DNA from: Raillietiella orientalis
Lineage: Eukaryota
Reading direction: 5' to 3'
Assembly (NCBI GenBank): GCA_036172245.1
Contig: JAYWIR010000018.1
Location: 1,178,001-1,242,000, forward strand
Length of the DNA stretch: 64,000 nt
Made by a program: the position numbers and the translations under genes. Under the pieces are notes generated by a model, which saw nothing but the letters and a program-made list of their open reading frames with translations, was not told the origin of the DNA and did no database searches. Positions 1 through 11,640 of this stretch are shown in pieces. Each line of letters opens with the position of its first letter. The stretch's first letter is position 1.

Positions 1-739
1 AGTGGTCGGTCTGCACGGGAGCCGGAATGGGTTCCCCGCCTTCCAGGATGCAAACCCTCGATAAGAGGGAAAGCAGCCGCGGTGGACAAGTGCCGCGGCT
101 TCTACCGCCCTCTCCGCTCGCTCGTCCCTGTGCAGATCTCCTGGGGTCCGCGAAGATTAGCCAAAACATCGTCTCAAAGACGCCGTCGTCGTCGTCGTCG
201 TCTTTGGATGATGAGGAGGACGTGATTCGGAGGCGGCGATGCGAGAGATGCCAAGCGGGAACAAAGTGCAGGTCACTGCTGAATACCCTCAACGTGGAAA
301 GTTCGAAGTCTCTGATAGGACGGGGGGGGGGAGGGGGGAGATAGGCAGTGAGGGTTTGCGTCAAGAGCTTCTCAGCTGCCGAGCCCTTCCGTCTGCTCTT
401 CCGGAGCCGTGGAAAATCCCTTCCGCTGCTTGGGTTTGTTCAGCTGACGCCCGGGGGATCCGGACAAGCCTACCCCTGGGCATGTCTTGCACCAGCGAAC
501 TTCCGATGGCCGCCCATCTTGCAGATGGGAAGCTCGCAGAAGAACACGACCTGCTTCGAGTCACCTTCCGCCCAAAGAATCGTCCAGGTCGAAAGTGGTA
601 CTCTATTCCGTTATCCGGAAGCTGCATCCCCAGGTGTACCGGCATCGGTGCGGAAGAAAAACGCTTCCGCTTCCTGCTTTTCAGAGCAAGGAAAAACGCT
701 CCCTTGTTAACTCTTCAAGATGCCTTTGCTCTTCTTAAC

Positions 740-1260
740 ACCTTGAATAGGCAACCCCCCCCTTTCTTTCCCGAGGGAGACATTAACCAGCTTCCCCGGT
801 ACGCGGTGGAGTGTCCCCCTGAAGGGAGGGGAAGACGGCTCCATTTTCACAACTGGCGGAAACCTCTTCCTTGTGCTCTCCGAAGGGACTCCCCGGTTTG
901 CCGGGGCTGCTCCTCATTTCTTCTTTCGAAGGGGAAGGATCCGCACTCCTGAAATTTTTTCTTCGGAGGGACCCGTGGCAAGGGAACTGCTCCCCGTTTC
1001 CTCCTCTGAAGAGCACTCCCTGAAGAGAGCGGCGCGCTTCTTGCGCTCAGGAGGGGAGACCCCCTGAGGGAGGTATCAACCAGCTCCATGTTGGTACGGC
1101 TCCCCTTTTCACAACCGGAGGGGAACCCCGAAGGATTCTTTGATTCCTAGAAGGACCCTAGAGCAGTTCCGGCTAGTAAACAGGGGATTCCGGCTTCCAC
1201 CAGTGCTGCACCCGGACATGCGTCATCCTGCGGGAGGAACTCGAAATCAACAACGCACCC
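740..1260 (+). mobile_element. Dispersed repeat with ~40-bp internal subrepeats; probable 5' UTR of a local LINE family
   Basis: Aligns by eye to 14270-14640 and 32060-32620 (shared blocks such as gggaactgctccccgtttcctcctctgaagag, caaccagctcc, ggattccggcttccaccagtgctgcaccc, tcgaaatcaacaacgca). Confidence 0.6.
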
Positions 1261-2492
1261 CCTTCCATTTCTTGGAGTCGATCCTTTCAATCTCGGATTC
1301 GAAACCGCGACGCGTGACGCCACGAGCGTGCAGACCTCAATCACAGGCCGCCAACGCGGGCGTCTCGGTCTTCGTATCAGCAAACGAATGCTCGCGGATG
1401 AGTCTCGCGTTGGAGCTAGTGCTGGAGCCGATGGAGCTGACGTCGCAGTAACGAATCTCTGAGTCGCCGACGGCATGCACTCAGATAAAGCCGTTGCCGG
1501 ATCTGAACGTCAGAGCATCCAGTCTTCTGTTTTCTCACGCCGACTTCACGGCAATCTCGAAGACGACGGAATCTGACGACTGCCGGATCTTCTGGTTTGT
1601 TCAGAAGCTCCTGCCACTCACCGCTCGTCATCTCGCAAGGGATGCATTCACTTCCATGACGAAAGAGGAAGAAGAGGTGGAAGAAGGAGGAGGAACGTCC
1701 CACGTGTCTGTTCTCGAGTGTGGCGGTCGCTCCGCCGTCGCTTCCCCCAGCCACTGAGAGATAACTCTCTCCAGGAGGAGATACCGCCACTCGCCTCCCG
1801 GGCACTCGGTGCCGTTCCCCGTTTTGTTCAGGGGCTGGAGACGGGAACTGGAGATTTGAAAGGAGCGTCCCTTGGACCTCGGACCTTTCGTTTCCTTCCT
1901 CATCCTCCTCGTCAGTTTGAAATTTTCTCCGTCTTCCTCCCTCTCCCTTCCCCCTTCTCTTTCGCTGGGCTCTTCTCGAATCCGGGAACCAGGAAATGAC
2001 TTGCACTTCCAGCCGCGGCGCATGGCGTTGCTCTGCCCGCAAACCACATCCCGAATTTTCCTTCCTCAAGAGCTTCGTGTCCGACCTGGAAGACCTTTTT
2101 GTCTCCTTGACCTGGGGTCTCTTCGGGCGAGGGGAAGCAGTTCGTATCTCTTCCGTATCAATTTTTCAACTCTTCGCATCTCATCTTCCATTAAGAAGAC
2201 GAAGAAGAAAAAGACCTAGAACAAGATACGGAAGTTCCCGAAGATCCAGCTCGCGGTCTCTATTCGTGGGTAGGGACTGTGAGCCACAGCTTTCACCAGA
2301 GTGCGTGAGCTCCCGAATGGTGCGCGCGACTGCGTGACCCTATTCCCCTGCACGTGCTCGCATGAGGATTTGGGAGCGAGCAGGCACCATAAAGCCAACC
2401 AACTCAACCTCTTGGGAAGGGAGAAGGCAAGGGGAATCCGCCTCGCGGAGGGATGGGGGGGAACAGACTAAGCGGAACACTTCCTCTTCCAG

Positions 2493-3855
2493 AACACCAC
2501 CTACCTGGGATACCTCACCTCGGAGCAAGCCTTGGAAGACTTCGCCGAGCTAGTCTCGCACATAAAGCAGAAGTGGGAAACAAACAGCTCCGTGGTCGCC
2601 TTCGGGGGTTCCTATGGGGGCATGCTGGCGGCATGGTTCCGGGTCAAGTATCCTCACCTGGTGAGCGGGTGAGAAGCATCGTCCCATCACGGCGCCGGGA
2701 ACCTAGGAGCTTTCCCTGCTTCCCTAGGGCCATCGCCTCCTCAGCGCCGGTGCTGCAGTTCATGGGGGTGACCGACTGCCAGCAGTCCTTCCTCATCATC
2801 ACCGAGGTCTTCCGGAACGAGTCAGAGAAGTGTGAAAGGAGCATCCGCGGGTCGTGGGGCCTGATAGACAACGTGGCGTCCACCGGTTACGTCGCGGGCT
2901 GAGTGGGACCGTTAAACCGGAGTCGTTGCAGAACAAGGGAGGCGGTGGCTGGAAGGCACCTTCAACCTGTGCTTCTCTTTCAATGACAACACCACGCGCC
3001 TGCTCAAGAACTGGCTGCAGGACGTGTGGTTCAACATGGCGATGTGCAACTACCCCTACGAAACGTCCTTTCTGTCCCCTCTGCCTGCCCAACCCGTCCG
3101 CGTGAGTTCCGAGCGCGCCGAGTCCGTAAGACCTCCGGACGTGCGCCGCCCCCCTCCTCTCGCCAGGTGGCGTGCTCCATGCTCCTCAACGAGCAAGAGG
3201 ACCCTCTGGACTCCATCGAGGCTATCATGAGGGCAGCCTCGGTCCTGTACAACTTTACCGGGCAGATGAAGTGCTTGGACCTGAACAATACCCCCGACGG
3301 AGACCTGGGGGTGGACGGGTGGAATTTCCAAGCGTGCACCGAGATGGTCATGCCCATGTGTTCCGACGGGATCAAGGACATGTTCGAGCCCAGCAGCTGG
3401 AACTTCGACGAGGTTGCTGGTCGGTGCCAGCAGATTTACGGCGTGCGCCCCGATCCCGAGATGGCCATGAAAATGTACGGATCCGACAGGCTGCAAGCGA
3501 GCAGCAACATCGTGTTCAGGTGAGTTTCGGGCCTTTCAGCAGGAGGCGGGGGCAAACAGCGCTCCTTAGCAACGGGATGCTCGATCCTTGGAGAGGAGGC
3601 GGGGTTCAGAGTTCCGTCTCCGAATCTGTGGTTTCCATACTGATACCAGATGCGGCTCACCACCTGGACTTGAGAAGCAGCCACGAGGATGACCCGTCCT
3701 CTGTGATCGAAGCTCGAAACCTGGAGAAAAAGCACATCAGGAGGTGGATACAGGAGGCATCAGGGACGCGCGCCCAGCTCGGCGGGGTCCTCTGGATGAC
3801 TTCTCTGCTTGAGTTCTTCAGATCCTTGTACCGAGAGACGCTCCTTCTTTTTTGA
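2493..3855 (+). CDS. PRCP: Lysosomal Pro-X carboxypeptidase (peptidase S28), 3' five exons: 2493-2668, 2728-2885, 2932-3101, 3167-3519, 3570-3855; 5' exons not found in the window
   Basis: The spliced frame reads [108 protein letters not shown]. All four introns (59, 46, 65, 50 bp) are GT-AG with compatible phases. The Ser (GGSYGG), Asp (LDPW) and His (AHHLD) triad motifs are present. TGA at 3853-3855. Confidence 0.93.
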
Positions 3856-4624
3856 ACTCGGGAATAATAAGAGGTTCTCACTTGTCTCCTGTTCTCATTT
3901 CTCGCCACCGAGACTCTTCCACGCATCCCGCGCTCACCCGCATGGCGACGCGCTTGGGGTGCTGCGCCCCGGACCACAAGTGCGCCGCCCTCCCGGCGGC
4001 CGATTGACTTCTCTCTACCAATGTCATCGGTGGTCGGCGGCCCGTGTCAAGACCTCTCTCTCTCGGACCGCACAGATAGCACGTAGCAGCAGCTCGAGAC
4101 AAGAGATCCTCTTGCTGCACAGGTGCTGAGGGGAGCAGGTGCTGCCCTCCCTCGCATCATCCTGGTCGCTTCCCTCCGAGAAGGGTCGGGTGAAAACTGC
4201 GCGAATCACGCGGCTGCCGGGGTAGCAGCGACCGAGGCCGGTGCCATGAACTGCGCCACCTGTAGGACCCTGTCCCTGCCTTTTTTTTCGGGCTATCTTA
4301 GAAGTTTCTTGCAAGCACGAAACTTCTAAGTCCGAAAGAAAGGAGCAGCGATGACCCTCGCAAACCGAGGTGCCTTCCATTTTTTCATCCACGCACGAGC
4401 GAGGGGGAGGGAAAAAAGGAAAGGCGATTTTCACGTTCGCGTCCATCAGAGACAATGAAGATGCCCGTCCGTCCTCTGTCCTCAACAAGAGAAAACTCTG
4501 GAAGAGTGCAAGCGAACCAAGCCAGGGGGGGCTTCGGGCAGGAACGAATGTGCTGCCCGTCAGTGAAAGTCAGGTGCGTGAAAATCACGTATCAAACCGG
4601 AATACGGGTTCAGAGGTGATCCTT

Positions 4625-5125
4625 ATATGCATACGTATGTGTATGTGTGTGAGTGTATGTATGCGCATATGCATGTGTATGTATGTATATGCTTGTGTAT
4701 GCTTATATGTATGTGCATATTTATATGCATATGCATGTGTGTATATATGATGTGTATGTGTATGCATATTTATATGTTGGTACATCCATTTGTTTATGCA
4801 TGTGTATGCCCATGCGTATGCGGATGTGTATATATATATGTATGTGTATGTCTTTGACTATGTGTATAGGTATATATGTGTGTTTGTACATATGTATGTG
4901 TATGAGTATATACATGCGCATGTATATATGTGTCTATGTAGATGTGTATGTGCACATGTATATCTATGTGTAAACATGTATGCGTGTGCATATTTATATT
5001 CATATGCATGTGCATGTGTACATGTATGCGTATACTTATGTTTATGCCCACACGTATATGTATATGCATGTAAATATGTATGTGCATGTATGCATGCATA
5101 TGTGTGTGTACATGCATATGGTACA
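4625..5125. repeat. Degenerate (TA/TG/CA) alternating purine-pyrimidine simple-sequence tract
   Basis: About 500 bp of atatgcatacgtatgtgtatgtgtgt..., almost uninterrupted RY alternation. The overlapping Met/Cys/Tyr/Val ORFs are artefacts of the repeat. Confidence 0.95.
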
Positions 5126-7230
5126 TCCGCGCACACCTATCTGGTCCAGCGTCCACGATTATCTACTTGAGTGGAAACACCTCCAGTAAATAAACTCTAG
5201 CGTGAAGATTTGAGCGCATGATCTTCCCCCTCCCCTTCCTCCAGGGATTATCATCAATGGAATTTACTTTCCAAACCACACGCTTGCCATTGCTTTCGTT
5301 GAATGGCCAAAAGTCACTTATTTATGTTTCGTCCAGTCTCGAAGACCCGTTGCTGCCTGGAGTTTCCAAATCCCGTGTAGCTCAGTCAACCACAGCACAG
5401 TCCCCTCTGCTCATTACGAGAATTTATTGCTCCTTTCGCTTCTGTTGCCTCAGTACAGTTCTTTATGTCAGTTCTTTGGTACGCTTTGTCCTCGGAACAG
5501 TTCTTGCAATTCCTCTTTGAATGCCTCTCCGTGGGGAGCTGGCCGGCATCGGTGCGGTTCCAGCTTGCATCCTTTCCTGAAGACCTCTTTCGGAGAAGAC
5601 GAGCACATGGTCTCATGAATGAACTTATTCTAGTGCGCAGAGGGAGCCTTCTCTTCCAGAGAGTTCCTTGACTTCGTCCCTCCCGGCTGTTTTTCGCGCT
5701 CCGATCTCTATCTTTCCTTGAATCTTCTTCTTGGATTGGTGTTGCAGACCCGACCTTGCGCATGATGAATCTCCAGGGGAGTCATTGGATTCGTAAGACA
5801 GGAAAGCCATTCGGAAATTCCACATATGAATTCGCACATTGCAAGCAAATCCGCTTCATATGTGATAATCTGCGATCCATCATTCTCATTCATCCGCAGG
5901 AATTTTTTTTTTGTCAAGGACTTCAAGAGACCATTGGAGAGACCAAAAGCACAAGCAGAAGTCGAAGCCTTTCTTTCACGATTAACTTGGACAGCGGTCC
6001 TTTCCTTCTCCCTTTCTTTTCCGTTTCGCCTCTCGGCGATCCTTTTGTGCTTGACTTGGAGTCCTGGAGAGACAGAGGATGGGGCAATCACGAAATCTGC
6101 TTCTAGCAGACGTCGACAGCTGCCGATCGGGTCGAAAGTCTCCTCGTCCAGTCTCTGTCTCTCTCTCTCTCGCTGCGGCTCGGATGTTGGTGGAGAGAAT
6201 GATCCTCACGAGGTGGTTGAAAGTCTTTGTGCAGCTCTCCCTTCAAGCCTCGTTGCCCTCGATCGCCGGCGGTCACCCGGCGGTTCCGGGTGCTCCGTGA
6301 ACGGACACCCTCGCTGCCATTTGCCGAACCTTCATGTCGCGTCAGCGTCTCGAACGGCGGAGACGCGAATTTTCCACGTCCGGTGAGGACGCAACGTTGG
6401 CAATGCAGTGCAAAAACGGGGTTGTGTTCAGGCCGTCCGAGGGACAACCTGTGACGATCCCCAAGCAATATCATAGGTGAGGTCAGAAAGTTTGTCAAGC
6501 AGGCCACAGGTGGAATCACCTTCCGAAACGAGCCATGCACTCTCCGGATGAGGACTCCTCAGTGGTCCTCGAGACAGAATGCAAACTACCAACGGGTGAA
6601 AGACGCAGGGAAGAAACCCATTGTGGTGAACCCCCCGCGTGCACGTGACGCGACGGAAAAATGGCGACCGTCCTCGTATAAAATCGGTAAATCAGCCCCT
6701 TCCCTCCAGGACATTGTGGATAAATTTCGATTCCGTTGGATGGCCGTCTTCGAAAGGCATACGAACACGCGATCTAAGTGGGTCGAATCCTATTTTGTCT
6801 AAATTTTCGTGAAATGAGGCAGATAGCGCGAGAGGATGCTTCTTTCAACAACGAGCACGATAGCGCTGAAACCCACCATTCCGATCAATTACACGTCGAC
6901 TAAGCTCTAAAGTCTTTTTTTTTCTTTTACTCCAAGTTAAATAATAAACAAACATTTTAAATTGTTTTCTCTTTGTTTGCAATTTCCTATATCCTAATGT
7001 TATAACGTCTAAGATACACTTTATAAATAGCACCATCTCATGCATAGGGATGGAAACCCATAGGGATGGAATCCCATCCAACCCCAGGAGTTGTCAACTT
7101 AACCACCACCTTCACCAACATACGAGCTTCGGACATGCCCTCTGAAATATACCACTTCTCTCCCATGACCCATTCTCATCACCGCCGACCTCCTCATCTT
7201 CGCTTCGCTCTTAGCAGCAGCTGTTACCAT

Positions 7231-7887
7231 ACTCTGTACTTTATTGAGATCGGCAATGCCATGGAACGCGATCCTGAAAGTGCTGCCCACCGCATGTTTA
7301 AAGAGACCCTTAATCTAATCAAATGCATTTCATCTCTGTTCCATGGAGGAGGTGGTGGCGGTCCTGTAGACAGATTGCTAGCAGTGCTTAGTTTAAGATG
7401 TCGGTCACTATTGTATCTAAAAATTGGGACACATGGATTGCAATAAGTTCCCCAATGAGCAGCGTGTTTTAGGAGAATACCTACACAAGTGTCAGCTAGC
7501 TGCTCACCAAGGCACAAAACCTGTGGATGTGATATCTCTCCTGTCACCAACTCCTTCCCTAGCTAGTTCCGTGGCCAGCGTGGGTTCTCACAACAGTGGA
7601 TACAGTTCCGGAGAGCTCCAGAGAGGATCTGCGGCTCCTACGGATGGCACTTGTCCTGAAACTCCCGTGATCACATCAACCGTGGACGCATGTGCTCGTC
7701 TGTTACGATTGAACTACCAACTCTTCTCGCTTCACCATTGCCACGAATTGTGGGAACAGGGAGATGTCCTGGACGAACGCGATTTAGAAGATCGCGATGT
7801 GCCGGAGTTTTTTGTAACATTGGATCAGCAGTGCGGACCTTTAACTGCACAGTTTCTTGAGTCGGTTGGTCTCATACACACGCTTTG
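7231..7887 (+). pseudogene. lilli: Intronless fragment of an AF4/FMR2-family (lilliputian/AFF) C-terminal homology domain, frameshifted
   Basis: LYFIEIGNAMERDPESAAHRMFKETLNLIKCIS..DRLLAVLSLRCRSLLYLK, then after a frameshift SPTPSLASSVASVGSHNSGYSSGEL..LHHCHELWEQGDVL..EFFVTLDQQCGPLT, and after a second shift SFLSRLVSYTR. These match AFF/Lilli CHD motifs. There are two frameshifts, no introns over ~650 bp and no start context. Confidence 0.85.
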
Positions 7888-7949
7888 ACCAGAATTTCAA
7901 CTCATTCTTCTTTGGTCTCACAAGAGGCCAAAGTAGGATGAGCTCAGAG

Positions 7950-8250
7950 AGGCCGCCAGTGTGGCCGACGCCTCGACGAGGGCGGCTGCACGGTGGACTC
8001 ACCTGCAAAAAGTCGTTAGGGAGGTCACCACCACACGCAACCGCTTTTAGGAAGGAAGGAACGTTTGATAGCAAAAGTCCTTGTTCATACCGTCCTCCCT
8101 TTTCCTACTTTATTTATTGTTCCTTCCCTCCGTTCCTCACTTCCTTAGAAGCCAGCCGGCGGTCATCCCCAATGAACTTTTTTTTTTTTCCTGACATCTT
8201 AGGGGAGAGCGCTCCCCTCACTTGTGGTTTATAAACGTGACCGGCTGCGA
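7950..8250 (+). mobile_element. LINE 3' end / 3' UTR fragment (same family as 62890-63380)
   Basis: Colinear with 63120-63380 (cgcctcgacgagggcggctgcacg..cctcccttttcctact..cacttccttagaag..aatgaacttttttt..catcttagggga..cttgtggtttata). Confidence 0.75.
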
Positions 8251-9435
8251 AACCCACAAAGCAGAAGACTTCGTCCTGTTCCAGCCCCTACGTATCCGAA
8301 ATGCCTTGCACGTGCTGTACAGTGTATTTACGAAAATGTATACAGAACTGCTTCCTAAAATACGGGGACGCGCTGTACACATTTTTGATGGAGCGGTAAA
8401 TATCGTTTGTGTGTGACCCACGCTCATCGATCGATCCAGTTCCAGCCCTTCCTCCTAGCCCTGCCGGGAAACGACACTCGAAAATAAATACACGCGAGTG
8501 CACGTCTGTTGAACACGTCAGCGGGCACGCGATTTCTTTGCGGAGGATTCAGCCCCGGCGCGGCGCCAAGGGCAGCGGACCGGATGACAAAAGGACGATA
8601 GCACCGGACGATATAAGTGCAGAGACTTGACCTCGGACGACGTGACCACCCGAGTCCTCCTTCGCTCTGTTTGGTGGTTCGGACTCTCGTGATAATGAGC
8701 GCATCCCGAACAGGATGTTCACGCCACCTCCAGATGTTTTGTGCTCGCCCCTCCAACTCCAGCGCTGGCAAGCCTCAGATCAACACCCGCTGCACCAGCG
8801 TCAGCCTCCTCGAGTACCAGAAATCTCCTACGAATCTGGAAATTCCAGGTGGCGCGCCTGCAAGTACAAGGGGAGGTCAGAGCAGCGTTGCTTCGGTGCA
8901 GATGATCCAGGAGGTCATACTGAGCAGAGCGAAGCTCGGATGATCGAGAGCGCTTTGCCTGATGGCTTCGTGACCCGCCCAGGGAAACGTTCGCCCCTCC
9001 GGAAGTGACGGTTGCCTCCTCACCGGCTGCCCTCTGCCCGCGTACGAGGTCAGCGGTGGTCGCCGAAGCGGAGGAAGAGTGCGGTCCCTGCTTGCATCCC
9101 AGGGAGCCCACCGTGAAAGTGGCCTCCCTTCGCTGAGAGCGAGACTCCATCACGGAGCGGACTGTCACCATGGCGTGCGGATGCAGCGTCTCGTTCTCTA
9201 AAGAATCGTGGTCGTCACCGAGAGGTCGACGCATCCCGTCCCTATTCGTTCGTGAACTCTTCCCTCCTGAACAGGGATTCGGACTTTGTCGCTTCGGGCC
9301 TGCAGACTCCCGACGCTTCCTGGCGGCTTTCTTCGGGTCAGTCCAACTGGAGCCGCAACACTGCGGTGGACTGCCGACTGGAGCGCCTTAGTCAGCAAGA
9401 GGACTCCTTTGTTTATCACTCGGTCATTCCGGGAC

Positions 9436-10610
9436 TTTATTATAAAAAATAAACATACATGTGTAGGGTCATCGGCCCTATATTGTCCGAAAATGCTCGG
9501 AACCTGCCGAGTAACCGGCACGCAGGCCAAGGAGGTTCGCCTTGGCAGAGGGGGAGGGAGGCAACAAAAATAAAAATAAATAAAAAAAAAATTCTAGGGG
9601 GCATGGGAAAGGATCACCGGGTGCTGGAGGGCATCCTCTGCATCCTTTCCAGGATGTTGACAAGTTTCAGCCGAGTATGACCCAGATACATCATCTCGCT
9701 GTCGTCCGCAGGAAGCACAGGGAGAAGCAGATGGCCTCCCTGTCGCGCCTTCCTCCTCTTGTGTAGCTCCGGACCGCCTCAATCCTGCGTAGGCAACAGC
9801 AAAGAGCTACTGGGGATGCAGCAGGCGAAAGGGCGTCGCTCACGAAGAAGCGCTTCATCATATCCCTGAAATTGTCCGTCAGTGGGCCAAGGACCGTTAC
9901 GTAACGCAACCACAAAGGCTGGAGGGCAACACAGTCTACAAGCAAGTGCGGAAGGGATTCCCGTTCCCCGCAGCTGCAGCAGTTCGGGTCCACCATCCCG
10001 GGTCCAGTGGAACCAGCAGGCGTTGCACGAGAGACACCAGGGCAGCAGCAGAAGTGCCGACTCGTGTCACTTCAGGCGGAGAGTCTGGTTGTTCTTCAGC
10101 TCTGGAGGCCACTCGAGGTCTTTTTGTGAGATTCTCAGCAGCTCACCCCAGCGCAATAGTCCTTTCGATGAGACATTTGGAGTTGCAGCATTCGTGAGCT
10201 GGCCCGTGGTCCAGCCACCTAGTTCCCTCGTCTTCTGACTGATTTTGCAACTGATCTCCCATTTAACTGGCTGGTTACTGCCCAGGTGCTCCCTGAAGGA
10301 GAGCAGCGCTGAGGCTAGAAAGGTTCCTTGCGCTCACGCACACGTGATGAGTTGCAGGACCTCAGTCCTGCAGCGAGCGGTTGTTGTGGAAGGAGTGCAG
10401 CAGTCGCAGCCTCACCCCCAGGCTCGCTTCGTTGTTCTTGGTCCACGTGCAAACGATTTCCTGCAGCCAGGCACTACCGTTTGCGAGCCGGCAGAAGATC
10501 CAGTTGTTGGTCAGCTTGCCCACTCGTCCGAGCTCCAGTTTGCAGCTGGACACGTTGTGTCTGCCGTACCAGGAACTAAGACAGTTCTGTGTAGTCGGTG
10601 GCTCGCTTGA
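9436..10610 (-). mobile_element. 5'-truncated, degenerate L1/Tx1-like LINE (zf-RVT-type C-terminus plus 3' UTR), copy A
   Basis: The minus frame reads PNCCSCGERESLPHLLVDCVALQPLW (CxxC..H..C). It is followed by a T-rich 3' UTR ending in AATAAA (tttatt 9436-9441). Homologous to 17794-18770 and 26815-27955. Confidence 0.8.
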
Positions 10611-11299
10611 CCAGATATCTTGCGGGCTCGCAGCAGTTCGTGCTTTAAAGCTTCGCCACTAGGAGAAGGGTCCTTCACCCGGAAAGGACTGCTTGGTGAT
10701 CCTGGAGCTGAGGTCACGATGCTTACAGGAAGAGCATCGAGGTCATCCTTCCCTCTGTGCGGGTCTGGTTTCAGCTGCGGCGAAAAGTTGTACGGGAGGT
10801 CCTCAGGGTGGCCGGCTCTCTCCGGGATGCCGGGACTCCTACTCGAAGTGAACGAATCAAGAAAATCACCGAAAATATTCGAGAAACGAGCGATGGGAAG
10901 GAGAAGAAAGGCCGCGTACCGCATCATGTCCACACTCCACCGCCTAGGGGGTTCTGTCCCCATCAGGGGATTCTGAGGCTCGCTGTCGAAGATCGGTCCC
11001 GCTTCTTCCAGCCCCCACGTCGCGGAATCGGAAGGGAACGCCCGTTCGGTGAGTTCGGTCCCCGGTTTCCCAGACGAAACCTCGGCTCCGACTCCCTGCC
11101 TCCGGCGCCTCCGAGTTCTGAACCCGCGCTTTCGCGAGCCGCGTCGGCTCACCAGAGCTCCTCTCTGGCGGGATCACGTTGCCAGCAGCCCCCGCGCGCA
11201 TAGGACGGATCGCCTCTTCTTGCGAGTGGACTTGACAGCTCATCTTCCGCAGAAAGGGGTGGGTCCAGCGGATTCCCCTCCTGCATCTGTCTGCACGCT

Positions 11300-11640
11300 G
11301 CTAACTTTCTCAGGAGCTTGGTGCAGGATCGAGGTGTCCCCGGGCCTTCGAGCGTTTGACTGCTGTCCAGGTCACGCGATCCCGACGGTGCCAAGAACCC
11401 CCCCCTGGCGGGCATCTGGAGATCGAGAGCGCCGCAGATACGTGGCGCTGCTCCGCACACCTGAGAAGCCACTGCCGACGCTATCCTCGCTTCTCCGGGA
11501 GACGCCACGATGAGGTTGTCAAGCGCACCGCCAAGGCATCGCACGGGAGGTGGAAAGTTGTCCCTCGAGGGAGCACCGGGAGTCAACTAGCAGCCGCGCC
11601 TGAATCTCCTCTCGAGAACAAGAGGTCGAACCGTCTTCCT
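11300..11640 (+). mobile_element. Remnant of an RLE-type non-LTR retrotransposon (R2/NeSL/Utopia group) C-terminus
   Basis: CSAHLRSHCRRYPRFSGRRHDEVVKRTAKA resembles the H..C..RH(D/N)xVV motif that precedes the restriction-like endonuclease. The downstream PD motif is not cleanly preserved. Confidence 0.45.

Noticed and set aside
4585..5189. Many overlapping His/Met/Tyr/Cys-rich ORFs
   Set aside because: They are translations of the RY simple-sequence tract.
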